Assembly (NCBI GenBank): GCA_041690595.1
Contig: JAWLHB010000011.1
Span: 1 to 64,000, forward strand
DNA: 64,000 bases
Direction: 5' to 3'
Source: Lentisphaeria bacterium
GTDB taxonomy: Bacteria > Verrucomicrobiota > Lentisphaeria > JABSQK01 > JAWLHB01
Positions within the stretch are counted from its first letter, which is position 1, and every line of letters begins with the position of its first letter. A program made the position numbers and the translations under genes. The notes beneath the pieces were generated by a model, which saw nothing but the letters and a program-made list of their open reading frames with translations, made no database searches and was not told where the DNA came from. Shown one piece after another: positions 20,239 to 30,000 of this stretch.

Positions 20239-20879
20239 GGCTTCAGCGCCTCGCCATGCAGCAGGCCATGGTCCTCAAGGTACTGCATGATCACGTCAAG
20301 TGATTCCGAGACTGACAGCTGATGTGTGGGAACGCGCAGTTCAGGCTCCAGCGGCATCTCGTAGGGTGCGTCGATCCCCGTGAAATCCCGGATCTTGCCC
20401 GCCCGTGCCAGCTCATACAGATGCTTCGGGTCCCGTTCCTCGCAGACGGCCAGCGGCACATCCAGATAGATCTCGATGAAGCGGCCGTCGGGAACGATGC
20501 CACGGGCTGTGTCCCGACCTTCCCGGTAGGGCGAAATAAAGGCGGCTATGGTGATGACACCCGCATCCGCAAAGAGTGCCGCAACCTCACGTACGCGCCG
20601 GATGTTCTCGTCGCGATCTTCGGGAGAAAAGCGCAAGTCGGCGTTGAGCCCATGGCGGACATTGTCACCGTCCAGTACATAGGCAAGACGTTTGCGATGA
20701 AGCAGGCGCTCCTCCAGCCCCACGGCCAGTGTCGATTTGCCTGACCCGCTGAGGCCGGTAAACCAGATGACACAACCTTTCTGCCCGAGCAGGCGCTCCC
20801 GATCGTCTTTGGAGACCCGCCCCAGATGCCAGGTAATGTTCTTCGACCTTTGCGGTGCGTCAATGGTAGCGTCGTCCAT
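20235..20879 (-). CDS. cysC: Adenylyl-sulfate (APS) kinase
   Basis: [38 protein letters not shown] and FTGIDAPYE. Confidence 0.97.
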   Translation of the reverse strand: MDDATIDAPQRSKNITWHLGRVSKDDRERLLGQKGCVIWFTGLSGSGKSTLAVGLEERLLHRKRLAYVLDGDNVRHGLNADLRFSPEDRDENIRRVREVAALFADAGVITIAAFISPYREGRDTARGIVPDGRFIEIYLDVPLAVCEERDPKHLYELARAGKIRDFTGIDAPYEMPLEPELRVPTHQLSVSESLDVIMQYLEDHGLLHGEALKP

Positions 20880-21089
20880 GCATCCCTCCCCACAGTTCTT
20901 TTAAGCCATCCCATCCTTCCACTTAGTTTAACCTCATCCTCCTACTAATCAAGGGCGGATGGCGGTACCGATCGCCTTCCAACGCGATGTACTTTGGGGT
21001 CGCCTCTTGTGCCACCGGTGTTGGGCCGGTATATTTCGGCCTCACCAATCCCGATAAGGGCTATCATCGATATCGAGAGGCTGAATCAC

Positions 21090-23672
21090 GTGAATGAGCA
21101 AGACGATGGCGCAAGCGTGGATGGCATGCGCATCCTGATACTGGATGACGAGCGCCAACTCCTCAAGTTACTGGCCAACGACCTGCAACAGCGCGGCGCC
21201 CTTGTACAGGCTGCCCCCGACGGCCGACGCGGATTGCAGATGCTCTTTGACTCATGCTGCGATGTGATCGTTCTCGATCTCCATATGCCGAACATGGACG
21301 GCGTGGCTTTTCTCCAGGAAGCTTTGAATATCTGGCCATGGCTGGCTGTGGTCGTGATGACCGGCTACGACGTCAGCAGGGATACCGCCGCCGAACTCCG
21401 CAATCTCAAGGTGACACGTCTCCTGCAAAAGCCCTTCGAGCACACCGACCTGCTGAGACAGATTCGCGAAGCGTATGATGAGCAGCAGGGCGAGGCCGCG
21501 GAAAACCTGGTGGTGCCCATTGCCCGTGTTCAGCGCCAGTTGCAGCTGTTGCGGCTGACAACCGAGCCGGCCTTGCGGGAGGAATCCCTGCTCGACGCCA
21601 TGCGCTCACTGTCGGTACAGCTGGCGCAAGCCCTCGATTTTGCCGTGATTGGCGTCTGTGGCATGGAGCCCAACCAGAACGCTGCCATCTTCAATATCCG
21701 CGAGCCCGTGACAGCGGCATTCATCGGCGAACTGAAGTTCTTCCTGGCTCAGCGATACTGCGGATTGACCGGCGATGACGGCAGCATGGAACTCTGCATC
21801 GAATTGAGCGGCCTTGATCTGGATGAAGATGGCGCCAACCACCCGGCAAGCAAATTCTGCGTCCCCATCATGTCCGGCTCCGAGTTGCAGGGCTTCCTTA
21901 TCCTGGCATCACCTGAAGACGGTGAGTTCAGTGTCAGTGACGTGGCCTTTATCTATGGCGTAGCCAATCATCTCTCCACCGTCTTTGCCGCCCTCAACCG
22001 CATGCGCAGTCTCGCAATCCATGACCCGCTGACCGGTCTCTACAATCGCCTGCACCTCGAGCGCGAACTCGAGCGCATGTGGTCCGGCAGCGCTCGCTAC
22101 GGACGCCCGATGGCCGTCGCCATCATGGACTTCGATCACTTCAAGATGGTCAACGACACCTATGGCCACCAGACCGGCGATCAGGTCCTGAAGGAGTTCG
22201 CCGACCTCCTGGTTGACGTCAGCAGGACCAGCGATGTGGTCGGCCGATACGGCGGCGAAGAGTTCCTGGTCTTGCTGCCCGACGCGAATCGCGAAGACGC
22301 GCGCAGCTACGGCAAGCGGCTCATTTCCAAGGTCCGCGAGCATGTCTTCTGCGCCGGTGATCATGAACTGCATCTGACGGTTTCCGTTGGTGCTTCCGCG
22401 GCGGAATTCAGCAAACTTCGTTCATCCAACGTACATGAATTGGTCGCCGAGGCAGACCAGGCGATGTACGCCGCCAAGCACGCTGGGCGGAATTGCGTCC
22501 GCCTCTGGTCACCAGAAGAGCGACTGACGTTGGAGCACCAAAAGCCTGGAGAATTCACCGGCGAAGAGACCCTGATCGGCCGGCCGGTGGTCCGCGGGCA
22601 TATTCTGCTGGTCGATGACGAACCGCAGATCCGGCTGATCATGGGCGAGATGCTGCGCATGGGGCATTTCGAAGTGGCGACGGCCGCCAGCGGCGAAGAA
22701 GCCCTCTGGATGATCGAACAGAAGCCCGCTACCTATGATCTTGTGCTGGCGGACATCCAGATGCCCGGCATGAACGGTCTGGAACTCATCGAGAAAGCAA
22801 AAGCCATCGACGAGACGCTCGTTTGCATCATTATTTCCGGTCACGCATCAGCGGAGAACGCGATCCAGGGGATGCGCCGGGGGGCCTACGACTTCATCAA
22901 GAAGCCGCACATTACCTTTTCCGAGGTGATGCCGACCATCGACCGCGCGATCGAGTATCGTAAAGCAGTCCTCGAGAACCGGCAGTACCAGCGCCACTTG
23001 TCGGCCATGGTCCGCCAGAAAAGCGCCAGCGCGCGAGATGCCTTGCGCGAAGTGGCGGCATCCTACGAGTTTACCCTTGAAGCGTTGGTCTCACTGCTCG
23101 ATGCACGCGAGCGTTCTACCAGCGATCACAGCAAGCGCGTGCGCGCGCTGGCCATCCGCATGGCGGAGGAGATCGACTGGCCAGAGGATGAAATGAAGGA
23201 CCTCAGCTACGGTGCCCTCCTCCATGATATCGGCAAGATCGGCATTCCCGATCATATCATGCTCAAGCCGGGCAAGCTGACCCCGGAGGAGAAGGAGATC
23301 ATGAACCAACATGCCGAGATCGGCTATCGTGTGCTTTCCGGCAGCAGCTACCTCGCCAAGGCGGCCGAAATCGTCTATTGCCATCAGGAAGCCTATGATG
23401 GGTCGGGATATCCCCGCGGCTTGGCCGGAGACGCCATCCCATTGGGCGCGCGCCTCTTCTCGATCATCGATTCCTATGATGCAATGCGCACCGAGCGAGT
23501 CTATCGGGCGGCGTTGCCGGAGGAGGTGGTGGTGCAGGAAATCTTCGCCCGCAGTGGCACCCAGTTCGATCCCGCCATGGTCAACGCCTTTCTCTGTTGC
23601 CGCTCAGCTCTTGCCCGCATCTATGATGCTTGGGATTCCTCTCACGATGCGCAGCCGGTTCATTCCCGATGA
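21090..23672 (+). CDS. Response-regulator diguanylate cyclase/phosphodiesterase, REC-GAF-GGDEF-REC-HD-GYP
   Basis: REC1 (LDDE..DLHMP..KPF), GAF-like segment, HDPLTGLYNR/DFDHFKMVNDTYGH/RTSDVVGRYGGEEF, REC2 (VDDE..DIQMP..KKP), then LLHDIGKIG and HQEAYDGSGYPRGL. GTG 21090 follows GAGAGG; the ORF track starts at 20994. Confidence 0.93.
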   Translation: MNEQDDGASVDGMRILILDDERQLLKLLANDLQQRGALVQAAPDGRRGLQMLFDSCCDVIVLDLHMPNMDGVAFLQEALNIWPWLAVVVMTGYDVSRDTAAELRNLKVTRLLQKPFEHTDLLRQIREAYDEQQGEAAENLVVPIARVQRQLQLLRLTTEPALREESLLDAMRSLSVQLAQALDFAVIGVCGMEPNQNAAIFNIREPVTAAFIGELKFFLAQRYCGLTGDDGSMELCIELSGLDLDEDGANHPASKFCVPIMSGSELQGFLILASPEDGEFSVSDVAFIYGVANHLSTVFAALNRMRSLAIHDPLTGLYNRLHLERELERMWSGSARYGRPMAVAIMDFDHFKMVNDTYGHQTGDQVLKEFADLLVDVSRTSDVVGRYGGEEFLVLLPDANREDARSYGKRLISKVREHVFCAGDHELHLTVSVGASAAEFSKLRSSNVHELVAEADQAMYAAKHAGRNCVRLWSPEERLTLEHQKPGEFTGEETLIGRPVVRGHILLVDDEPQIRLIMGEMLRMGHFEVATAASGEEALWMIEQKPATYDLVLADIQMPGMNGLELIEKAKAIDETLVCIIISGHASAENAIQGMRRGAYDFIKKPHITFSEVMPTIDRAIEYRKAVLENRQYQRHLSAMVRQKSASARDALREVAASYEFTLEALVSLLDARERSTSDHSKRVRALAIRMAEEIDWPEDEMKDLSYGALLHDIGKIGIPDHIMLKPGKLTPEEKEIMNQHAEIGYRVLSGSSYLAKAAEIVYCHQEAYDGSGYPRGLAGDAIPLGARLFSIIDSYDAMRTERVYRAALPEEVVVQEIFARSGTQFDPAMVNAFLCCRSALARIYDAWDSSHDAQPVHSR

Positions 23673-23679
23673 ATACCCC

Positions 23680-25242
23680 TCAATACTGCTGCGTTGCCTC
23701 ATTCTCACGCACCGGACGCGATAGCTGATCGGATTTCAACTCGATGCCAAAGCGCGCATCGTCAGCTTCCAAAGCGCGGATAGTCACCCGCCAGATGGCT
23801 GTTTCACCGGCCCCCAACTGCGCCAGCGGAGCGAAGCGAACGCCATTCTCCGTGCGCGTGCCGGCGGTGGCTCCCTCACTTGTCACATAAGCCTGACTCT
23901 CCTCCAGAATGCAGGTGATCTCGACCTTGGTCGCCGTGGCTGTTCCCTGGTTGACGACCGTGATCTCGTACGTCGTCTGTTCGCCCACTTCGATGGGATC
24001 CGACAGATCGACTACTTCCAGCAGCATGGCAGCCACCCCTGAAATCTCCGTCACGACGCTGGCACTCGCCGCGGTCGCGCAGGTGGCGGTCGCGCGCACA
24101 TCGTTGGCAAGGCGACCGATCACATCTGCCTGCAGCTGAAGCTGGAGACTACGCTCCGCGCCGGGGGCCAAAGAGTCGAGTTGCCAGGTGATCGCGCCAT
24201 TCCGCGATTGGCCGCCGTCTGAAGCCTTCACGAAAGTGGCGCCCGCGGGCAGCACGCTGGTCACCAGCAGCCCATTTGCCGGTCCATCACCCGTATTGGC
24301 GATCGTGAACGTATAGTCGATATTGCGTCCCTGGTACTGGGCAGGGCGAGCTTGCGCCTGAAGCGCGAGTACCGGTTGCCGCACAAGGATGCGTGCATTG
24401 GCGTCTGCGCTGAAACCGTCGGCACTGACCGCTTGCGTGCGACTTTCGTAAATGCCCGGTCTGGTTGCACGTGCCATGAAGCTGCGACTGATGGTCTCAT
24501 TGGCCGCAAGTGAGGGGATGGCGAATCTGACCATCTGCATGCCGTCGACGGTCGTCAATCCATCCGGGAGCTGCTCGGTGAGGGTGATGCCACGTATGGT
24601 GCCGGTGCCGCTGTTGCTGATCATCAGCGTTACGGGGATATCCTCGCAGCTAAGCAGCTCTTCCGGCATGGTCTTGGCCAACGTCAGATTGGGGGCCGTG
24701 ATTCGCAGCGGCTGGCACATGGTAGTCGCGCTGGAAACCTTGACACAGCGCTCAAAGTCTCCGCCGGAGCTGCCCACCAGCTCTGCCTGAATTGACCGGG
24801 AGCTGTTAGCCTGCATGCGCCCCAACCGCCAGACGATCGCACTTCCGGTAATCTGAGCTTCCGGAGTCGAGCCGCGCAGTTCGAACTCCGGCGGAAGTGT
24901 CTCCGTGACCGTAACATCCTCCAGTTCGGCTGGAGACAAATTGCTTACCGTAAGGGTGTAGTCGAAGGGCTTGTTCCTTACTATCTCGCGCGGCAGGCGA
25001 CTTTCCAAGGCCAGCAGGCTGCTGCTCGCCTTGCCGGAGGGAAAGTAGGTGGTGGTGATAGATTCCGCCGGCGAATGCGTCTGCTGCTCGGCTCTTGGTG
25101 CGGCAGGCATGGCGGCAGCCTCGACTACCGGCTGCTCACGGTCAACCGTGGATGATCGACAACCAACGATCAACGTCAACAGGGTGATCCCGGCAAGAGC
25201 CGCCACCAAGGGGCGGAAGTAAGAAATCGATTCCGTTGTCAT
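23680..25242 (-). CDS. Lipoprotein with DUF11 repeats, homologous to chlamydial OmcB
   Basis: Lipobox LIVG-C. Repeated Y-T-x-T-V-x-N-x-G modules. C-terminus GVAAMLLEVVDLSDPIEVGEQTTYEITVVNQG...SDQLSRPVRENEATQQY resembles the OmcB C-terminus. Confidence 0.82.
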   Translation of the reverse strand: MTTESISYFRPLVAALAGITLLTLIVGCRSSTVDREQPVVEAAAMPAAPRAEQQTHSPAESITTTYFPSGKASSSLLALESRLPREIVRNKPFDYTLTVSNLSPAELEDVTVTETLPPEFELRGSTPEAQITGSAIVWRLGRMQANSSRSIQAELVGSSGGDFERCVKVSSATTMCQPLRITAPNLTLAKTMPEELLSCEDIPVTLMISNSGTGTIRGITLTEQLPDGLTTVDGMQMVRFAIPSLAANETISRSFMARATRPGIYESRTQAVSADGFSADANARILVRQPVLALQAQARPAQYQGRNIDYTFTIANTGDGPANGLLVTSVLPAGATFVKASDGGQSRNGAITWQLDSLAPGAERSLQLQLQADVIGRLANDVRATATCATAASASVVTEISGVAAMLLEVVDLSDPIEVGEQTTYEITVVNQGTATATKVEITCILEESQAYVTSEGATAGTRTENGVRFAPLAQLGAGETAIWRVTIRALEADDARFGIELKSDQLSRPVRENEATQQY

Positions 25243-25821
25243 GCATGTCCCCCAAGGAATTAAGGATGAGCAGTCTGTCGTGTGACTTGGCAATCCCGCG
25301 TATTACCGCAAAGTATCGCCTAATGTAATCGACGAATCAGGCGAATCCAATGGCCGTCACCGCGGGAGTACTGCTTGTTCCGCCACCCGATTCTCTCTCT
25401 TCCCCCGGACCGGCTCCAACCATCCGCAAAAATGTCAGAACGACAAGCGTTAGAATATCGTTTGACCCAGTTTCCCCGGCGGAGTCGGATTGGGGCCGGG
25501 CACTGGCCCCGGATGGCTGGTCCGGCGCTTGTGCACGCAGGTAGCGGTGCAATGTTGTTGGCTCTGTCCGCATCCTCTATCGCAGGGACTATCCTCTTGC
25601 TTTTCAACGAATGCATGGTATACTATAGAAACGTAGTTTGCCAATGAATTCCGCTTGCTGAAGACGTCAAGTAGCTTAATGCTCAACATTCATATTCGGT
25701 GGTGACTGCTTCGGAAGGTATCATTGGAGGCGCAATGGTTTCGGCGCAAGAGTTTCGGCGCAAGAGTTGAGTGCTCCTTCACGATGACAACGCGGCGTCG
25801 CAGCCGAGGGACAGGGTTGAC

Positions 25822-27783
25822 ATGTACGAGCGCTATTACGAGATGAGGGTCAAGGCTTTTCCCTGCCAACCAACCCCATCGGTATTCTTCGAATCCCCCA
25901 TGCACAGGGGAGCTTTCTATTTCCTGACTACAGGTATAGAAGAGGGCGAACCCTTCATGCTGGTCACCGGCGCGTACGGCATGGGTAAGACCCTGTTGGC
26001 ACTCCGGCTGACGCAGTACCTCGCCCAGCGCAACGTGGCCTACGTCGAAATGGCCACCTCGATCATCAGCTATGCCGAGCTTCTCGAACGACTGGCGGAT
26101 GCTTGCGGTCTGCTGCCCGACTCGAACGATGCCGCCAGCCTGCAGTCGCTGCTCTTCAAGCATCTCAAAGGCAAAAGCGCTGATGAACGACCGCGGCTGA
26201 TTCTGGTCCTTGACGAAATGCAGGACTGCGACGTCCCGACCTTGGTCCGCATCCGCATGCTCTCCAATTTCAACGTCGATGGGTATTACCCTTTCCAACT
26301 GATCATGTTCGGACATCCCAGCCTGGAGACGACCCTTCAGTCCGCCGAGTTGGAATCGCTCAATCAGCGGATACGGCGGCGCTACCAGCTCAAGCCCTTC
26401 AATCTGTTGGAAACCAAGGAATACATCTATTTTCGGCTCTTGCAGTCCGGCGCCAAGGGGTCACCCTATTTCCCGGACGAGACCATCGACGTCATTCACG
26501 AGAGCAGCCGTGGCATTCCCCGCTTCATCAACAACATCTGCGATTCCTCCCTGTTGATTGGCGCTGCCAACAATCTGCGAGAGATTATGCCGGAGGTTGC
26601 ACGCGAAGCCGCCACGACCGCCGGCGGCATTCCTCCCTGCGAACCGGCACAACCGATTCAGGAGGCTCCGGCGCCGCCGCCTACCTCCTCCGACTTGTCC
26701 GCCCCCGCACCTCGGGAAGACGAGGGCGCACACTGGGCTCTCGCCACCAGACCTTCCCCTGGCGGCAAGAAGCTCTATGCGGCGGTTGCCTTGCTGATGC
26801 TGGTCGGCATGGTGGCTGCTTTGTACTCGCGCGGACTCCTGCCTTTCCCGAAAACGGCGATCTCCGCCGCGGAGGATACCGGCATGGAGGAGCCGCGGGA
26901 AGAAGCGGCACTTGCCGCGGCCACGGAGAATTCGTCCGACATGCTTGATACCGAAGCCGATCGTGATGCGGCTGCCGCTCAGCAAGCAGGAATTACCGCG
27001 TATCTGGATCCCGTAACGAACTATGGCGCCGGCGCTGGCATGCCCGCCTTCCTGGTCGACTCGAACAAGAATGTTGATGCGACTCTTGGCGCAGACACGT
27101 ATTCGATCACGCCGAGCGTTGGCGATCTGGCCTTCAGCACACCGCAGGGATCTCTCCGCGATCTTTCCTCCTTTCCGTATGCCACGGCCTCCATCAGTCC
27201 GCCTCCCCAAACGGCTGTCAGGAATCCGTCCACTGCCACTGCTCCTTCAGCGGAGCCTGTCGCTCCGCTGGTGATGGTGAAACCGGCTGAACCGGTTGCG
27301 GCACCGCCGAAAGCTCCGGCGGCCGCGGAGACCGGCGACCTCGGGCAGGCGGAATCGCCATTCTCGTTGCAGGTAATCGTATCGAGCAACCGTGACGAGG
27401 CAGTAACCATCATCAATACACTGCGCGCCGAAGGCGTTCCTGATCTTTTCCTGAGTGAAACCCTGTCTGGTTCCAGCGCGAGTCGTTGGGTGGTGCTTCA
27501 GGGCTGCTACAGGTCGGCCGAGGCTGCCGAGAAAGCACGTGAGCAACTGCAACTGGCGCATTCCACCGTCGGACATACACCTTACGCTGTGGCCATCAAT
27601 GGCTCCGCGGACGGCGAGGCTGCACAGCGACTTCAGCAGATGGGACTGACACCGTATCAACCGGAGTCGCGCCACGTGGCCGGTGAACTGCTGGTAGGCG
27701 CCTTTGCGGATCTCCCCGCGGCATCGGCACTCGAGCAACGACTCAGAACCGAGGGATACGAGGCGACGGTTGTTCGTCGTTAG
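25822..27783 (+). CDS. ExeA-like AAA ATPase with TM helix and C-terminal SPOR-like domains
   Basis: MYERYYEM..F start, TGAYGMGKT Walker A, LVLDEMQD Walker B, QLIMFGHP, SRGIPRFINNICD, TM helix, then FSLQV...WVVLQGCYRSAEAAEKA and VGAFADLPAA SPOR-like motifs. Confidence 0.85.
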   Translation: MYERYYEMRVKAFPCQPTPSVFFESPMHRGAFYFLTTGIEEGEPFMLVTGAYGMGKTLLALRLTQYLAQRNVAYVEMATSIISYAELLERLADACGLLPDSNDAASLQSLLFKHLKGKSADERPRLILVLDEMQDCDVPTLVRIRMLSNFNVDGYYPFQLIMFGHPSLETTLQSAELESLNQRIRRRYQLKPFNLLETKEYIYFRLLQSGAKGSPYFPDETIDVIHESSRGIPRFINNICDSSLLIGAANNLREIMPEVAREAATTAGGIPPCEPAQPIQEAPAPPPTSSDLSAPAPREDEGAHWALATRPSPGGKKLYAAVALLMLVGMVAALYSRGLLPFPKTAISAAEDTGMEEPREEAALAAATENSSDMLDTEADRDAAAAQQAGITAYLDPVTNYGAGAGMPAFLVDSNKNVDATLGADTYSITPSVGDLAFSTPQGSLRDLSSFPYATASISPPPQTAVRNPSTATAPSAEPVAPLVMVKPAEPVAAPPKAPAAAETGDLGQAESPFSLQVIVSSNRDEAVTIINTLRAEGVPDLFLSETLSGSSASRWVVLQGCYRSAEAAEKAREQLQLAHSTVGHTPYAVAINGSADGEAAQRLQQMGLTPYQPESRHVAGELLVGAFADLPAASALEQRLRTEGYEATVVRR

Positions 27784-27792
27784 CGGTAATCT

Positions 27793-28851
27793 ATGATAGC
27801 AAATCCTTGGATAACGGCCTCCGAGAAGGAGGCAAAAGAAGTCAGTCAGCACGAGGTGCAGCCGGAGAATCCTGCTGCTCCGAAGCCGACTGCGGGAAGC
27901 ACCTTTACCCAACGCTTTCTCGCGGCGCGCCGTTCCGGCTCCGTGACCGGCACGGGCGAAAGCTTCGCCGAGCGTTTCGTGACCGAGCGCAAGGCTGCCA
28001 GTGAGCAGGCGCGGCAGAATGGCCCCCGTGCGCAAGCCTCGGGTGGTACCGCTGCCGCGCCCCCACGATTGGTCAACCTCCGGCCCCGCGTTTCGGTGGC
28101 GGCCTCGGAGGAATCTCCAGATGAGTATCCCAAGGTTATGCCCGATCATCAGCTCATCGAGCGCCTGCGGGAGACCCGCCAGGCACTAGCCGAGGAGAAG
28201 CTTCCTCGCCTCAATCGACGGCTGGAGCACCTGATCGCCGGCAACTCCCGGGAGCTTTCCCTGATTGAGGGAAACCTCCTCCGCCTCGACCGCAAGATGA
28301 CCTCCTTCTATTTCACCAGCTGCTTCGATGGCGAAGGCAAGACCCTTTCCGCGCTTCAAACCGCCTACGCGCTGGCTGTTCTGGCCCGACGCAACGTGCT
28401 GCTTACGGATACCAACGTCAGCAAGCCCCGCATTTGCGCCGAGTTCGGCATCGCCGCGAAGCCCGGCCTGCAGGAGCTTCTCCTCGACAAAGCGGCGCCC
28501 GAGGCAGCCATTGCTCCCACCATTTACGAGCACCTTTACGTGCTGCCCGCAGGCGAAGGGCAGCTGCCGTTGCACGATCCACGTGTCGGTGAGTTGCTGC
28601 AGAAACTTGGCGGCAGCTTCGACGCCATTCTGCTCGACGGCAAGTCGGTCATGACCTCGTCGGAGAGCAGCAAGATTGCTCCCATGATCGATGGCTTCCT
28701 GCTGGTCATCGAATGCGAGCGCACCAAGTGGGAGGTCGTGCAAATGGCAAACGAACGGCTTACCAATGCCGGCGCCGAGAACACCGCGGTCATCCTGAAT
28801 AAGCGCAAATACTATCTGCCTCGCATCATCTATAGAATGCTTTCCCGTTAA
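27793..28851 (+). CDS. CpsD/CapB-family bacterial tyrosine kinase (stand-alone Wzc kinase domain)
   Basis: FTSCFDGEGKT, VLLTDTN, AILLDG and C-terminal ILNKRKYYLPRIIY. Confidence 0.88.
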   Translation: MIANPWITASEKEAKEVSQHEVQPENPAAPKPTAGSTFTQRFLAARRSGSVTGTGESFAERFVTERKAASEQARQNGPRAQASGGTAAAPPRLVNLRPRVSVAASEESPDEYPKVMPDHQLIERLRETRQALAEEKLPRLNRRLEHLIAGNSRELSLIEGNLLRLDRKMTSFYFTSCFDGEGKTLSALQTAYALAVLARRNVLLTDTNVSKPRICAEFGIAAKPGLQELLLDKAAPEAAIAPTIYEHLYVLPAGEGQLPLHDPRVGELLQKLGGSFDAILLDGKSVMTSSESSKIAPMIDGFLLVIECERTKWEVVQMANERLTNAGAENTAVILNKRKYYLPRIIYRMLSR

Positions 28852-28855
28852 GCCA

Positions 28856-29980
28856 ATGCGTTTCCGTCAACCAAAAGAAGGTGTTGTGAATTCAATCATG
28901 CGGAATATCATGCTCCATCTTGCGTCAAGAGCCGATCGTCTGCTGGCGCTCCTGTTGTTGGCGGGTGGCATCGTCCTGGGAGCCACAGGCTGCAAGACCG
29001 GCAACATCTCGCCGGAATCCGAAGTGCCATTCGCGCGTACGACCTTCTCTTTCGACCAGGGCATCTATCCCTCCGACCTGGATCTCTTTCCCAAGTATAC
29101 GATTTCACCGGGGGACGTGCTGGACGTGCTCTTTCAGATTCAGCGGAACCAGGTGGAGCGCTTTCCGATTACCCTGTATCACACCATCAGCGTGAAGTTC
29201 GTCGACCTGCCGAACCTGAATGAAGTGCAGGATGTACTGCCCGACGGAACGATCATGCTCCCTTACCTCGGCGCCGTCTATGTCTTGGACAAGACGGCCA
29301 CCGAGCTGACCGATGAGCTGAAGGAGAAGTACAGTGGCGTCCTGCGCGATCCCGAGCTTTATGTGACTATCCTGAACTTCAATGCTCGCATCGAGCAGCT
29401 CCGCCGGGATCTTCACACTGCTCCGCGCGGCCTGAGCAAGCTGGTCACCGTACGTCCGGATGGGTATGCGGCCTTCCCGCTGATCGGGGAGTATCTGGTG
29501 GCGAAGAAGAGTATCAATCAGGTCAATGCGGAAGTACAGGAGGCGTACGAGAAGTTCCTGCCCGGCATGAACATCAACCTCTTCCTGCATGAACAGGCGG
29601 GCTCCGTGGTCTATCTGACTGGTGAGGTGGCGGAACCCGGCGCCTACGAGATGCGCAAGCCCATCACCGTCCTGCAGGCCATGGCCCTGGGTGGCGGCTT
29701 CACCCACGAGGCGGAACTGCGAAATGTCGTTGTCTTTCGACTGCATGAGCAGAAGCGCATCGCCAGAAGCCTAAACGTCTCCGATCTGACCACCACCCAG
29801 CGAGACGCCGCTTTCTTCTATCTGCGACCCGACGACATTATCTTCATTCCCCGTACTCGCATTGCTTCACTCGCCCAGCTCATGCAGCAGATTGCCGACA
29901 TCGCACTCTTCCGCGGTTGGTCAGCCAGCTATTCGTTGGGTGAAAGCGTCAATTTCATCAATGATACCAGCAACGACTGA
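28856..29980 (+). CDS. wza: Polysaccharide export (OPX/Wza-like) lipoprotein
   Basis: Lipobox ATG-C, YTISPGDVL, VLPDGTIMLPYLG, VRPDG, VYLTGEVAEPGAY and LRPDDIIFIP. Confidence 0.9.
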   Translation: MRFRQPKEGVVNSIMRNIMLHLASRADRLLALLLLAGGIVLGATGCKTGNISPESEVPFARTTFSFDQGIYPSDLDLFPKYTISPGDVLDVLFQIQRNQVERFPITLYHTISVKFVDLPNLNEVQDVLPDGTIMLPYLGAVYVLDKTATELTDELKEKYSGVLRDPELYVTILNFNARIEQLRRDLHTAPRGLSKLVTVRPDGYAAFPLIGEYLVAKKSINQVNAEVQEAYEKFLPGMNINLFLHEQAGSVVYLTGEVAEPGAYEMRKPITVLQAMALGGGFTHEAELRNVVVFRLHEQKRIARSLNVSDLTTTQRDAAFFYLRPDDIIFIPRTRIASLAQLMQQIADIALFRGWSASYSLGESVNFINDTSND

Positions 29981-30000
29981 TAGATTCCGGAAACTCGGAC

